Source: an uncultured Allofournierella sp.
GTDB taxonomy: Bacteria; Bacillota; Clostridia; Oscillospirales; Ruminococcaceae
Reading direction: 5' to 3'
DNA: 64,000 nt
NCBI GenBank assembly: GCA_944382775.1
Contig: CALWNI010000001.1
Location: 56,104-120,103 of the forward strand
Notes under the pieces: generated by a model
Told to the model about the DNA's origin: nothing
The model's input: only the letters and a program-made list of their open reading frames with translations
Databases searched by the model: none
Shown: piece after piece, positions 48,583 to 58,896 of the stretch
How the letters are laid out: each line of letters begins with the position of its first letter
Position numbering within the stretch: the stretch's first letter is position 1
Position numbers and translations under genes: made by a program

Positions 48583-50073
48583 TTATAAATCGTAAATGGC
48601 AGAATATTTTTTCACCAGATAATCGGTGTAATAGCTGGGGTCAAAAGGTTGCTCGCAGGCATTTTGCAGCAGTTCAGCCGGTGTTTTTTCTTTGCCGAAT
48701 TGCCAGATGCGCTGCTCCAACCATTCGTTGATGGGGGCAAGGGTGCCGTTTTTCAGCAGGCTGTCAACGTCCAGTGTTTTGCGCATCTGTGCTACCATCT
48801 GAGCGGCGTAGGCAGTACCCAGAGCATAGCTGGGGAAGTAACCCAAGTCGCCTCCTGCCCAGTGGATATCCTGCAATACACCGTGGGCGTCATCCGGTAC
48901 ATCAACACCCAGAAGCTCCTTCATTTGAGCATTCCAAGCGGCAGGCAAATCCTTTACTGCCAATGTGCCGTTCATCAGGCGTTTTTCCAGTTCGTAGCGT
49001 ACCATAATGTGCAGGCAATAGGTAACCTCATCGGCTTCAATGCGAATTAAGCTGGGTTCGCACAGGTTTACTGCCTTGTAAAAATCTTCTGCGGTTACGT
49101 TGGCAAGCTGGGTGGGGAACAGTTCGTTCAATTTGGGCCAGATGAATTGAATAAATTCTTTGCTGCGGCCGATGTAGTTTTCAAACAAACGGCTTTGGCT
49201 TTCGTGCAGACCCATGGAAGCACCGCCCGAAAGGCAGGTGTATTGCAGGCGGTCAGCCATATGCAGCTCATAAAGGGCATGTCCGCCCTCGTGAATTACC
49301 GAGTATACATTGCTTGCCATGTCGTTTTCGTGATAGTGGGTGGTAATGCGAACATCACCCTTGTAAAATTCGGTGGTAAAGGGGTGCTCACTTTCTGCAA
49401 TTTGGCAATGATTGCGATCGATGTTCAAAGTGTCCATCAAAAAGTCCGAAAGTTTGCGCTGGTCTTCAATGGGCCAGGTTGCCTTTAAAAAGTCGGTGTT
49501 AATTTTAGTGTTCGACTGTGTGATTTTTTGCACCAGCGGTTGAATGGTTGTTTTTAACTGGGCAAAGAAGGCATCGCATTGCTCCATGCTCAAACCCTGT
49601 TCAAATTGATCCAGCCACACGTCATAGGGAGCTTTGGAAGCATCGAAGTAAGCGGCAAAGCGGCGGCGGTATTCCACAATTTGCTCCAGATACGGTGCAA
49701 AAATAGAAAAATCGCTGGCGGCTTTTGCCTTGCCCCAAGCATTAACGGATTCCGAGGTGAGTTTTACAAAAGCGGCGTACTCGTTGGCAGGAATTTTGCT
49801 GGTTTCGTTGTAAATACGCAGCAGTTCCCGAACCTCGGCGGCTTGCTGCTCGGTTAAGGGTTCGGTTTTGGCTTGCTCCAACAAGGCAGGAACCGAGGGA
49901 TTGGCAATCAATTGATATTTCATGCCGCTAAGAACTTCCAATGCTTCGCCACGGCCGGAAAAACTTTCGGCAGGGGCAATGGTGTTGGCGTCAAAATCCA
50001 CCACATTCATTGCAAACTGAAGGGCATATAATTTTTTTTGTAATTCTCGCAGAGATTGCATAGCGTTGTTCAT
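48583..50073 (-). CDS. Carboxypeptidase M32
   Basis: HPFT, DVRITT, HEGGHALYE, HESQS, IRIEADE, GVLQDIHW, GYFPSYALG. Confidence 0.96.
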   Translation of the reverse strand: MNNAMQSLRELQKKLYALQFAMNVVDFDANTIAPAESFSGRGEALEVLSGMKYQLIANPSVPALLEQAKTEPLTEQQAAEVRELLRIYNETSKIPANEYAAFVKLTSESVNAWGKAKAASDFSIFAPYLEQIVEYRRRFAAYFDASKAPYDVWLDQFEQGLSMEQCDAFFAQLKTTIQPLVQKITQSNTKINTDFLKATWPIEDQRKLSDFLMDTLNIDRNHCQIAESEHPFTTEFYKGDVRITTHYHENDMASNVYSVIHEGGHALYELHMADRLQYTCLSGGASMGLHESQSRLFENYIGRSKEFIQFIWPKLNELFPTQLANVTAEDFYKAVNLCEPSLIRIEADEVTYCLHIMVRYELEKRLMNGTLAVKDLPAAWNAQMKELLGVDVPDDAHGVLQDIHWAGGDLGYFPSYALGTAYAAQMVAQMRKTLDVDSLLKNGTLAPINEWLEQRIWQFGKEKTPAELLQNACEQPFDPSYYTDYLVKKYSAIYDL

Positions 50074-50097
50074 AAAAAAACTCCTTTCTGATAGGGG

Positions 50098-51615
50098 TTA
50101 TGTATTGTAACCCAAAACGTGAATCAAACGGACATTGGTGTAGGAGTAAGCACTCATCGGCCAATCGATGCGGTCGGTGGTATTGGATGCAATTAACAAA
50201 TCCAAGGGTTGACCGTTATCATCGGTTAAGACTTCGGTAACAAGCACCGAATGTTTCCATTCGCCGTCGGCTTCGTATTGAATCACATCGCCGGGTTGGG
50301 CGGCGTATATGTTGATATCGGTTTGTGCAACCAAGCCGTAGCCGGTGTTTTGCTGCACATAAGCATAAAATTCATCCACACCGCTCCAGCTGGAAGAACG
50401 GCCGCTGGCATCGCTGTTTTCGTTTAGAGTTTCATCGTACCATTTCCATTGCTGAAAATCATAGCCGTAGATATCCATGGGAATGCCGCCGGCATACAAA
50501 CATTGAGAGGCGAAGTTGTTGCAGTTGCCGCCGTAAACGTCATAAACACCCCATTCGGTATTGCGCACAACCGAAGTGGTGCCAACCCATTGGCGGGCAT
50601 ATGCCACCGCAGCTTCGCGATTGTAAGGCTGTGCAGCAGTGGGGGCAATGCTGGCAATATAGTCTGCATCCGAGGGGTAACGGCTACGCTGGTTGTTCAG
50701 TTCGGTGATGTTAAACTGTGCGGTAGACACCAGCATGTCACGGATTTGCCGGAGGGTATCTTCCGGCGAATCTGACATTTGTTCTTGGTATAATTCTCGT
50801 ATCAGAGTGAAACCGTCTTCGGTTTTTTCATGGTATAAGATCAAGCCGTCATCCGTAAAGGTGAACTGATGAAAAATATCGCAACTGGAACTTGTACGGC
50901 CACCCAAGCAGGCAAACTGCACCTGGTCATCTTCCATAAGGGTTACCACATAATTGCCGTTGCCATCGGAAGTGCAGTCTAAAATGGTCAATCCAATTTC
51001 AAAACCGGTGAGGGATAAATCCACCGCCTGCATGCTGCGAACGGTACCAATGTAGTCCAATGCGGTTTCGTCCAATAAACGGGAAAGCGTTCCCTCGCTA
51101 TCGGTGCTGTACAGGTCGCTTAAATTGGGCGCTTTAAACTGTGCGGTTGCATTAAAGGTGGTAACAAACCAGGTTTTTAAGGCTTGCTGAATGGCTTGGG
51201 GCAGTTTTTCTTCGCCGGAACGAATCACGCAGGTTCCGCCAATGTCTTTCAAAACGGTATTATCGCCGGACAAACTGGATTGTTGCCTGCCGACCGATGA
51301 AAGTAAATTGGGAATATGTTCTTTTGCAAACCAAATACCACAGCCAATTACTGCAACACAAGCAACGGCAGCTGCAATTTTAGGCAAAGGAATTGATTTG
51401 CGGCGCACAGCAGTTGCAACGGCGGAACGGTGCGGAGCAGCTGTTTTACGAAAAGCAGAAGATTCGGTTGAAATGCGTTGCTGCTTGGCAGAAGAAGCGG
51501 TACTTTTGCGAAATGTTGTGTTTTGTGAAACCGTGCGTGCCGAAACTTTCCTTTTCTTTCCATTGGGCTTATCCGCATGAAAATGCCAACTGGAGGGTTG
51601 TTGATCCATAGACAT
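50098..51615 (-). CDS. Membrane-anchored protein with a C-terminal putative amidase (Amidase_6-like) domain
   Basis: Basic N-terminus, one TM helix, YNREAAVAYA..W, GGNCNNFASQCLYAGG, GDVIQY, HS..VT. Confidence 0.8.
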   Translation of the reverse strand: MSMDQQPSSWHFHADKPNGKKRKVSARTVSQNTTFRKSTASSAKQQRISTESSAFRKTAAPHRSAVATAVRRKSIPLPKIAAAVACVAVIGCGIWFAKEHIPNLLSSVGRQQSSLSGDNTVLKDIGGTCVIRSGEEKLPQAIQQALKTWFVTTFNATAQFKAPNLSDLYSTDSEGTLSRLLDETALDYIGTVRSMQAVDLSLTGFEIGLTILDCTSDGNGNYVVTLMEDDQVQFACLGGRTSSSCDIFHQFTFTDDGLILYHEKTEDGFTLIRELYQEQMSDSPEDTLRQIRDMLVSTAQFNITELNNQRSRYPSDADYIASIAPTAAQPYNREAAVAYARQWVGTTSVVRNTEWGVYDVYGGNCNNFASQCLYAGGIPMDIYGYDFQQWKWYDETLNENSDASGRSSSWSGVDEFYAYVQQNTGYGLVAQTDINIYAAQPGDVIQYEADGEWKHSVLVTEVLTDDNGQPLDLLIASNTTDRIDWPMSAYSYTNVRLIHVLGYNT

Positions 51616-51769
51616 ACTCCTTACATATTAAGATATATGTTATATTATAGCGTAATTTGTAATGAAGAGTTGTTTCAATTTTTTGAAAAATGCCAAATTA
51701 AGCAAAAAATAAAATGCTTAAAAATAAAAAAATCCCTGTTCGTGGAATGCCGAACAGGGAAAAGAAGCG

Positions 51770-53557
51770 TTAAACCAACGGCTGTGTTTTTTGTTGCAGC
51801 CAAAGTGCTTCGGCCTCGGTTAAATGGGGAGCAAGTGCTTGATAAGTAGCGGCATGGAACTGGTTGAGCCAAGCGATTTCGTCGGCGGTAAGCAGTTCTT
51901 TGCGTACAGGGGTCAAATCAATGGGGCAGTAGGTAACGGCTTCAAAACCAAGGAACTGACCATACTGGTTGTTGACACGCTCTACACACAGCAATTCGTT
52001 TTCAATACGAATGCCCACTTCGCCCTCTTCGTAAACACCGGGCTCGTTGGTAACAATCATGCCGGGTTTGAATACAACATGGTTGTTGATGCGCAGGCTT
52101 TGGGGGCCTTCGTGAACGCCGCCCAGGAAGCCAACACCGTGGCCGGTACCGCAGCGGTAATCAATTCCATGCTGCCAAACAGCAGCGCGAGCCATTACGT
52201 CCAGATTGCCGCCGGTGCAGCCTGCCATAAATTGCAGCTTGGACAAATCGATATGGCTTTTCAATACATAGGTGTAGTAATTGCGCTCGTTTTCGGTCAG
52301 CTCGCCCATGGCATAGGTACGAGTGATGTCGGTGGTGCCGTCCAGATACTGTCCGCCGCTGTCTACCAACAGCAAGCCGCGGGCTTCTAAGGTAGCACAC
52401 TGGTCGGGAGTGGCGTGATAGTGCATCATGGCAGCGTTTGCGCCGTAGGCAGCAATGGTATCAAAGCTTGCACCCAAGTTGCCGGGCTGAGCAGCACGCA
52501 GCTCCAACAGTTTGGTTTCAATGTCAACTTCGGTTACGGTTGCCCCGGCAGCCATCTGTTCCTCCAGCCAAATCTGGAAGCGAACCATGGCAATGCCGTC
52601 TTTTACATGGGCATTTTTGATGTTTTTGATTTCGGTGGGGTTCTTGATGGCTTTTAACTCCTGAATGGGGTCAACACCGGGCAGAACGGTAATGTTGGGG
52701 TTGTTGTTCAAAGCGCTGTAAACCGCCCAGTTGGTGCCGGCAGTATCCACCAAAACGGTGCATTCATGATGATGGCCGGTAATTGTACCCAGAATGTTGT
52801 CGTAATCTTCAATGGTAACACCCTGGCGGCGTAGCTCCTCAGCCGCTTGCTGCGGCAAACGGGCCTGATTGATAAACAGGGTAGCAGCACTGGCAGTGAT
52901 AAAGCAGTAAGCCAGTGCAAAGGGGGTGCAGTCGATATCCGATGCGCGCAGATTCAGCAGCCAAGCAACGCTGTCCAAACGGGTTACGACCATGGCACTT
53001 GCCTTGGCTTCGGTGAGTTTTTGACGAACGGCGGTCAGTTTTTCTGCTGCCGACAAACCGGCGTAGGATTCCTCCAGCAGCCATGCCGGTGTGGCGGGAA
53101 CGGCGGGGCGGTTTTCCCAATTGCCTTCCACCAAATCAACCGACAGAATGCTTGCGCCTTTTTCGGCAAGTGCATTTTGTAGGTCTTGCACCAAAGAAGT
53201 GGGGGTCACCATACCGTCCAATGCCAATACCTGGCCTTCGCCCAGCTTTTCTTTTAAGTACTGGATTACGGTGGGTACACCGGCAACGCCCATGCGCTGC
53301 AATTGAATTTCACTGCCGGCAAGCTGACGTTCCGCTTGGATAAAATAACGGCCATCGGCCCAAAGAGCACTTTCGGTTTCGGTTACAACAAGAGTGCCCA
53401 TGCTGCCGGTAAAGCCGGAAAAATAGCTGCGGGCAGCCCAGTGATCTGGTAGATATTCGCTGGCGTGAGGGTCAGAAGAAGGAATCAAACAGGCGTTTGC
53501 GCCGGCTGCTTTCATAGCAGAACGCAGCAGCGAAATTTTTTCGTTTGTTGTTTTCAT
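51770..53557 (-). CDS. Aminopeptidase P family (M24) protein
   Basis: DPHASEY, SGFTGS, DGRY, DSGGQYLDGTTDITRT, GTGHGVG, VHEGP, NEPGVY, GIRIEN. Confidence 0.95.
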   Translation of the reverse strand: MKTTNEKISLLRSAMKAAGANACLIPSSDPHASEYLPDHWAARSYFSGFTGSMGTLVVTETESALWADGRYFIQAERQLAGSEIQLQRMGVAGVPTVIQYLKEKLGEGQVLALDGMVTPTSLVQDLQNALAEKGASILSVDLVEGNWENRPAVPATPAWLLEESYAGLSAAEKLTAVRQKLTEAKASAMVVTRLDSVAWLLNLRASDIDCTPFALAYCFITASAATLFINQARLPQQAAEELRRQGVTIEDYDNILGTITGHHHECTVLVDTAGTNWAVYSALNNNPNITVLPGVDPIQELKAIKNPTEIKNIKNAHVKDGIAMVRFQIWLEEQMAAGATVTEVDIETKLLELRAAQPGNLGASFDTIAAYGANAAMMHYHATPDQCATLEARGLLLVDSGGQYLDGTTDITRTYAMGELTENERNYYTYVLKSHIDLSKLQFMAGCTGGNLDVMARAAVWQHGIDYRCGTGHGVGFLGGVHEGPQSLRINNHVVFKPGMIVTNEPGVYEEGEVGIRIENELLCVERVNNQYGQFLGFEAVTYCPIDLTPVRKELLTADEIAWLNQFHAATYQALAPHLTEAEALWLQQKTQPLV

Positions 53558-53808
53558 TGCAGATACCTCTTTTCAGGCGGCAAACCAATTGGGGTGCCGC
53601 AAACAATAAGCTTTTTTTATTTTAGCATTGTAAAGCGAAAATGAAAAGGTGTTCTTTAAAAAAAGCAAGAATAAGAAAAAAGTTTGTTCTATTTTACTCG
53701 TTTATACTTGACAAAGAGAGTATAATAACAATCAGAGATTAACAGAAAAAATTTCTTGTTTGAATACAAAAGATTTACCTGAAAAGGCATACAAAGGAGA
53801 ACCTGATC

Positions 53809-55005
53809 ATGACAAAAATTGATATTTTTTCTGGCTTTTTGGGCGCAGGAAAAACCACATTGATTAAAAAGTTAATTGCCGAAGCCTATGCAGGCCAAAA
53901 GCTGGTATTGGTAGAAAATGAATTTGGTGAAATTGGCATTGACGGGGGCTTTTTAAAGGAGGCCGGCGTGCAGATTACCGAAATGAACTCCGGCTGTATC
54001 TGCTGCAGCTTGGTGGGCGATTTCCGCGAGGCACTGAAAAAGGTAATTGATGAATATACCCCCGACCGCATTTTGATTGAGCCTTCCGGCGTTGGCAAAC
54101 TGAGCGATGTAACCAAGGCAGTACAGGCCATTGCACAGGAGCGGGAAGTAAGCCTAAACAGCTTTATTACTGTGGCGGACGTAAACAAGGTTCGCTTGTA
54201 CATGAAAAACTTTGGTGAGTTCTACAACGACCAAATCGGTCATGCCAATACCATTATTTTGAGCCGTACCGGCAGCACAAGCGAAGAAAAGGTTGCCCGT
54301 GCGGTTGCTATGATTCGCGAAAAGAACCCCGAAGCTACCATTATCACCACCGACTGGGAGCAGTTGACCGGTCAGCAGATTGTGGAAGCGATGGAGTCCA
54401 AGCGTGATTTTGTAAAAGAACTGCTGGAGGAAGCAGCCGGACAGGCAAAGCATCACCATGAACACGGCGAAGGCTGCGGCTGTGGCCGTCACCACGAGCA
54501 TGAGCATCACCATGAGCACGGCGAGGGCTGCGGCTGCGGCCATCACCACGAGCATGAGCACCACCATGAGCACGGCGAGGGCTGCGGCTGTGGCCATCAC
54601 CACGAGCATGAGCATCATCATGAGCACGGCGAGGGTTGCGGCTGCGGACACCATCACGAGCATGAACATCATCATGAGCACGGCGAAAGCTGCGGCTGTG
54701 GTTGTGGACATGACCACGGGCATCATCATGCGGACGAAGTTTTTACCAGTTGGGGCCGTGAAACTGCACGTACCTTTACAGAAGCCGAGATTCGCCAGGC
54801 TTTGGATGCACTGGACAGCGGAAAATACGGCATGGTTCTGCGTGCAAAAGGCATTTTGCCCGGTGAAGAAAACTGGGTTTACTTTGACTATGTTCCCGGT
54901 GAAGGCAATGTGCGCACCGGTGCTGCCGATGTAACCGGTCGGTTGTGCGTAATTGGCTCGAAATTGGACGAAAATGCCTTGGGCGAGTTGTTCCAGCTGT
55001 CTTAA
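53809..55005 (+). CDS. CobW/COG0523 family metallochaperone GTPase with His/Cys-rich insert
   Basis: GFLGAGKTT, ENEFGEIGID, GCICC, IEPSG, RAKG, CobW_C domain. Confidence 0.94.
   Translation: MTKIDIFSGFLGAGKTTLIKKLIAEAYAGQKLVLVENEFGEIGIDGGFLKEAGVQITEMNSGCICCSLVGDFREALKKVIDEYTPDRILIEPSGVGKLSDVTKAVQAIAQEREVSLNSFITVADVNKVRLYMKNFGEFYNDQIGHANTIILSRTGSTSEEKVARAVAMIREKNPEATIITTDWEQLTGQQIVEAMESKRDFVKELLEEAAGQAKHHHEHGEGCGCGRHHEHEHHHEHGEGCGCGHHHEHEHHHEHGEGCGCGHHHEHEHHHEHGEGCGCGHHHEHEHHHEHGESCGCGCGHDHGHHHADEVFTSWGRETARTFTEAEIRQALDALDSGKYGMVLRAKGILPGEENWVYFDYVPGEGNVRTGAADVTGRLCVIGSKLDENALGELFQLS
54451..54729 (+). repeat. Intragenic tandem repeat, 54-bp unit (HHHEHGEGCGCGHHHEHE) x4 plus a partial fifth
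   Basis: Units start at 54451, 54505, 54559, 54613, 54667; differences mostly synonymous. Confidence 0.95.
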
Positions 55006-55043
55006 TGGCACAGCAAAATAGAAAGCCAAGGAGGAAATATCCC

Positions 55044-55997
55044 TTGAAAGAAATTCCAGTTTATCTGTTTTTGGGCTTTTTAGAAAGCGGAAAGACCAAA
55101 TTTATTCAAGAAACCATGGAAGACCCGAAATTTGATTCGGGCGAAAAGACCTTGTTGTTGGTTTGTGAAGAGGGCGAAGAAGAATACGAACCCGAAAAAT
55201 TCGCCTTTGGCGGGGTAACCGTTGAAGTTCTGGAAGATAAAAGCCAGCTGAATCCCGAATATCTGCAACAGCTATTGGAAAAAAGCGGTGCAACCCGTGC
55301 TGTTGTGGAGTACAACGGCATGTGGATGGTGCAGGAATTCATGGCGGCAATTCCTGAAAATTGGATTGTTTATCAAAGCATCTTAACGGCCGATGCCAAC
55401 ACCTTCCGTGTGTATTTTGACAACATGCGGCAACTGTTTTTGGACAAGTTTGCACAAAGCGAATTGCTAATTGTGAACCGTGCCGACGCAGTACCCAACC
55501 AAGAGGATCGGGAGTTTATCCATAAAGCGGTTCGGCAAGCAAGCCGCCGATGCGACATTGCCTACGAATACACCGACGGCAGCGTGGAATACGACCAGAT
55601 TCCCGATGAACTGCCCTTTGATATCGAAGCGGATGTCATTGAAATCGGCGATGAAGATTTTGGTATCTGGTATCTGGATGCCAGCGAGGACCCCAAAAAG
55701 TATGCAGGAAAAACCGTGCGCTTTACTGCGCAGGTGTGCCAAACTCCGAGAGTAGGGCAGAATCAGTTTGTGCCCGGTCGCTTTGCTATGACCTGCTGTG
55801 TGGATGACATTCAGTTTGTGGGATTCCCCTGCAAATATGACGAGGCGAAAAAACTGGCACAGCGTAGCTGGATTAAAATTACCGCAAAAGTACGGGTGCA
55901 GTTCCATCCGCTGTTTAACGGCGAAGGCCCCGTTTTGACCGCATTGGATGTGCAGGCAGCACAGCCCTTGAAAAAAGACGTGGTAACCTTTAGCTAA
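55044..55997 (+). CDS. Degenerate CobW-like P-loop protein with C-terminal TCC (DUF1980/YcgQ-like) domain
   Basis: GFLESGKT, CEEGEEEY, EYNGMW, no CxCC; C-terminal GRFAMTCCVDDIQFVG; TTG start after AAGGAGG. Confidence 0.8.
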   Translation: MKEIPVYLFLGFLESGKTKFIQETMEDPKFDSGEKTLLLVCEEGEEEYEPEKFAFGGVTVEVLEDKSQLNPEYLQQLLEKSGATRAVVEYNGMWMVQEFMAAIPENWIVYQSILTADANTFRVYFDNMRQLFLDKFAQSELLIVNRADAVPNQEDREFIHKAVRQASRRCDIAYEYTDGSVEYDQIPDELPFDIEADVIEIGDEDFGIWYLDASEDPKKYAGKTVRFTAQVCQTPRVGQNQFVPGRFAMTCCVDDIQFVGFPCKYDEAKKLAQRSWIKITAKVRVQFHPLFNGEGPVLTALDVQAAQPLKKDVVTFS

Positions 55998-56045
55998 CAA
56001 GATAAGACGCATAAAAAGCCCGGCAAAAATCATTTGCCGGGCTTT

Positions 56046-56447
56046 TTAGTTATATCGATAAAAGCGATTGTGTTCGTTGTATGCAAAACCAAACTTTTGG
56101 TAGAATCCATCCAGTTCAGAAATTGCAATCAAACCAATAATTGCACCTTGTGTGGAATGCTCCTTCATATATTCCATGATATTTTCCATAATTCGTGTAC
56201 CGATTTTATGTTTTTGATAGGATGGCATTACCATGATATCCTGAATATAAAATACGGTGGCACCATCGCCCACGATTCTTCCAAACCCAACGATCTTACC
56301 GTTATCTTCTGCGCAAATACAGTAGGTTGAATGTTCTAATCCTGCTTTTATTTTATCTTCGGGGAGTATTTTCCAGCCAATGGAAGTTCTTAGTTGAATG
56401 TATTCTGCAATGCTTGGTGTTCTTTGTTTTAGTAGGATGTTTTTCAT
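56046..56447 (-). CDS. GNAT family N-acetyltransferase
   Basis: VGFGRIVGDG, IQDIMVMPSYQKHKIG, FYQKFGF. Confidence 0.9.
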   Translation of the reverse strand: MKNILLKQRTPSIAEYIQLRTSIGWKILPEDKIKAGLEHSTYCICAEDNGKIVGFGRIVGDGATVFYIQDIMVMPSYQKHKIGTRIMENIMEYMKEHSTQGAIIGLIAISELDGFYQKFGFAYNEHNRFYRYN

Positions 56448-56650
56448 ACAATAAAATTTTCTCCTTTGGATTTTAAAATAAAGTTAGATACCGTTTAAAT
56501 TTAGGAACTACAGTTTAATGGTAATTATTATAATCAATGTGTGTACACTTTACCAGATTTAGGATTGGTTAAAATATTGTTTTGTGGTTTGCACCTTATG
56601 CAAAGCTATGCTATACTACTTGATACAGAATACAAAGGAGGAACAACCCC

Positions 56651-56986
56651 ATGGGTTTTATTCGACGTTTACTTTCGATTGGTCTTGGTGTGGCTGCTGG
56701 TGCAGTGGCATATAAGTTGCTGAGCGATTACAATAAAAGCGAGCATATTGAAGGCGAGTATGTGGAGATTCCGCAGGAAACAGAGGAGCCCGCAGCACAG
56801 GCTGCCGAACAAAAAGAAGAACAAACGGTGGCATACCCCCAACGCCCGGACCGTGGGCCCAACCCCAACCCGGTTGCACTGGGTGCAGTAGAAAAGCCGC
56901 TGGATGAAAACGGAAAGCTGGACCCGACCCGCATTGCCAGTGTTGAAGATTTTGGCGATTGGGACGAGTGGGGCTGCCAAGGCTAA
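56651..56986 (+). CDS. Hypothetical acidic protein with N-terminal membrane anchor
   Basis: AAGGAGG RBS, TGcTATACT extended -10, terminator at 56999-57030. Confidence 0.75.
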   Translation: MGFIRRLLSIGLGVAAGAVAYKLLSDYNKSEHIEGEYVEIPQETEEPAAQAAEQKEEQTVAYPQRPDRGPNPNPVALGAVEKPLDENGKLDPTRIASVEDFGDWDEWGCQG

Positions 56987-57029
56987 ACAAAAGCAAAGAA
57001 AAAGAGCCGCTCAAACGAGCGGCTCTTTT

Positions 57030-58583
57030 TTATTTTGCATATTCAATTGCACGGCTTTCGCGGATTACGTTAACCTTGATTTGACCGGGATAATCCAGTT
57101 CTTCCTCAATCTTTTTGGTAATCGAGCGAGCCAGCAGAATCAGCTGGTCGTCGGCAATGGCATCGGGTTTTACCATGATGCGAACTTCACGGCCGGCCTG
57201 CACAGCAAAGGCATTTTCAACGCCCTCAAAGCTGCAGCTGATTTCCTCCAGATTTTCCAAACGCTTAATGTAGCTTTCCAGATTCTCACGGCGAGCACCG
57301 GGACGAGCTGCGCTGATTGCGTCGGCGGCCATAACAATAAAGGCCAGCGGAGTTTTGGGTTCCACATCGCCGTGGTGTGCCTCAATGGCATGGATAACGG
57401 CGGGGTTTTCTTTATACTTGCGGGCAACTTCCACGCCGATTTGTACGTGGCTGCCTTCGATTTCGTGGTCCAGTGCCTTGCCAATGTCATGCAGCAAGCC
57501 GGCACGGCGAGCCTGGGTAACGTTCAGACCCATTTCGGAAGCCAGCAAACCGGATAAGTAAGCAACTTCCAAAGAGTGGTTCAATACATTCTGACCAAAA
57601 CTGGTGCGGAACTTCAAACGGCCCAACAGCTTTACAATGTCGGGGTGGATGCCGTGAATGCCAACTTCCATTACGGCGCGTTCGCCTTCACGCTTCATGG
57701 AAAGCTCCAGCTCACGGCGGCATTTTTCAACGGTTTCCTCAATGCGGGCAGGGTGAATGCGTCCGTCAGAAATCAGACGTTCCAGTGTCATGCGGGCAAC
57801 CTCACGGCGTGCCTGGTCAAAGCTGGATAGGGTGATTGCCTCGGGGGTATCGTCAATGATTAGGTCAACACCGGTTGCAGTTTCCAGAGCACGGATGTTG
57901 CGACCTTCGCGGCCGATGATGCGGCCCTTCATTTCGTCGTTGGGCAGGGGAACTACGCTAACGGTAGCTTCGCTGGAATGGTCGGCAGCACAGCGTGCAA
58001 TGGCCTGGCCAATCATCTCGCGTGCCATGGTGTCGCACTCTTCTTTCAGGTTTGCCTCGTAAGCACTAACACGCATTGCTTTTTCGTGGGTCAGCTCCTG
58101 ATCCAAGCGATTCAGCAGCAGCTGTTTTGCATCCTCTTGGGTTAAGCCTGCAATGGTTTCCAGCTTTTCCATCTGGCGCAACTTTAATTGCTCCAGTTCG
58201 TCCAGCTTGGCTTCTACCAGCTCGCTGCGGCGGCGCTGCTCTTCTTCTTTTTGCTCCATAGCAGCCACCTTTTTGTCCAGAGTTTCCTCCTTCTGGTCCA
58301 AGCGGCGCTCTTGGCGGCTTAGCTCGCTGCGGCGTTCTTTAATTTCTTTGTCAGCCTCGCTTTTCATGCGCAGGGCTTCGTCTTTTGCTTCAATAATGGT
58401 TTCTTTGCGCTTTTGTTCGGCTGTTTTAATCGCGTCGTTTACAATGCGTTTGGCTTCGTCTTCGGCGCTACCGATTTTAGCTTCTGCAGTTTTGCGGCGA
58501 TAATTGCTGCCCCAAAAAAATCCGGCAGCAACACCAATGGCAATCGCAATGACCACAATCAATGCTGTAATGACAGTTGGCAA
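57030..58583 (-). CDS. rny: Ribonuclease Y
   Basis: N-terminal TM helix, coiled coil, KH domain ([14 protein letters not shown]), HD domain (LLHDIGK), AVQAGREVR; TTG start after GAGGAG. Confidence 0.98.
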   Translation of the reverse strand: MPTVITALIVVIAIAIGVAAGFFWGSNYRRKTAEAKIGSAEDEAKRIVNDAIKTAEQKRKETIIEAKDEALRMKSEADKEIKERRSELSRQERRLDQKEETLDKKVAAMEQKEEEQRRRSELVEAKLDELEQLKLRQMEKLETIAGLTQEDAKQLLLNRLDQELTHEKAMRVSAYEANLKEECDTMAREMIGQAIARCAADHSSEATVSVVPLPNDEMKGRIIGREGRNIRALETATGVDLIIDDTPEAITLSSFDQARREVARMTLERLISDGRIHPARIEETVEKCRRELELSMKREGERAVMEVGIHGIHPDIVKLLGRLKFRTSFGQNVLNHSLEVAYLSGLLASEMGLNVTQARRAGLLHDIGKALDHEIEGSHVQIGVEVARKYKENPAVIHAIEAHHGDVEPKTPLAFIVMAADAISAARPGARRENLESYIKRLENLEEISCSFEGVENAFAVQAGREVRIMVKPDAIADDQLILLARSITKKIEEELDYPGQIKVNVIRESRAIEYAK

Positions 58584-58826
58584 TGGTTTCAACTCCTCAA
58601 ATAAAAATGGTATCTGAGATGATTGCTCTGCAAGATTCCGGCTTTTGAAAAATAAATTTATAGCGCACACAATTTGACCCCGTCACGCAAAATGCGGCCG
58701 GGGAAAAGGAGTTGGTGTTTATAAATTCAGATAAGAGCATGTGCAACAATCGGTAATATCTTGTTGCAAATATTCCAAAAAAGCAGGGAAAACCCTGCGA
58801 TAAATCATCTAATATACGTACTATTT

Positions 58827-58890
58827 ATTTTAATAAAGAGTTCATAAATTGTCAAGAAATATTGACATCTGGGCCAAGTGGGTATATGAT
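58827..58890. promoter_or_regulatory. Back-to-back sigmaA promoters for rny (-) and thrS (+)
   Basis: Minus: TTGACA(58855)-17-TAAAAT(58832). Plus: TTGACA(58862)-17-TATGAT(58885). Confidence 0.75.
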
Positions 58891-58896
58891 GTGTGT

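Noticed and set aside
53700-53765. Zur box upstream of cobW
   Set aside because: Only a weak imperfect palindrome (AACAGAAA...TTCTTGTT) that does not match Zur consensus sequences I know
54451-54729. Regular repeats resembling a CRISPR array
   Set aside because: Contiguous in-frame 54-bp coding units with no unique spacers and no cas genes
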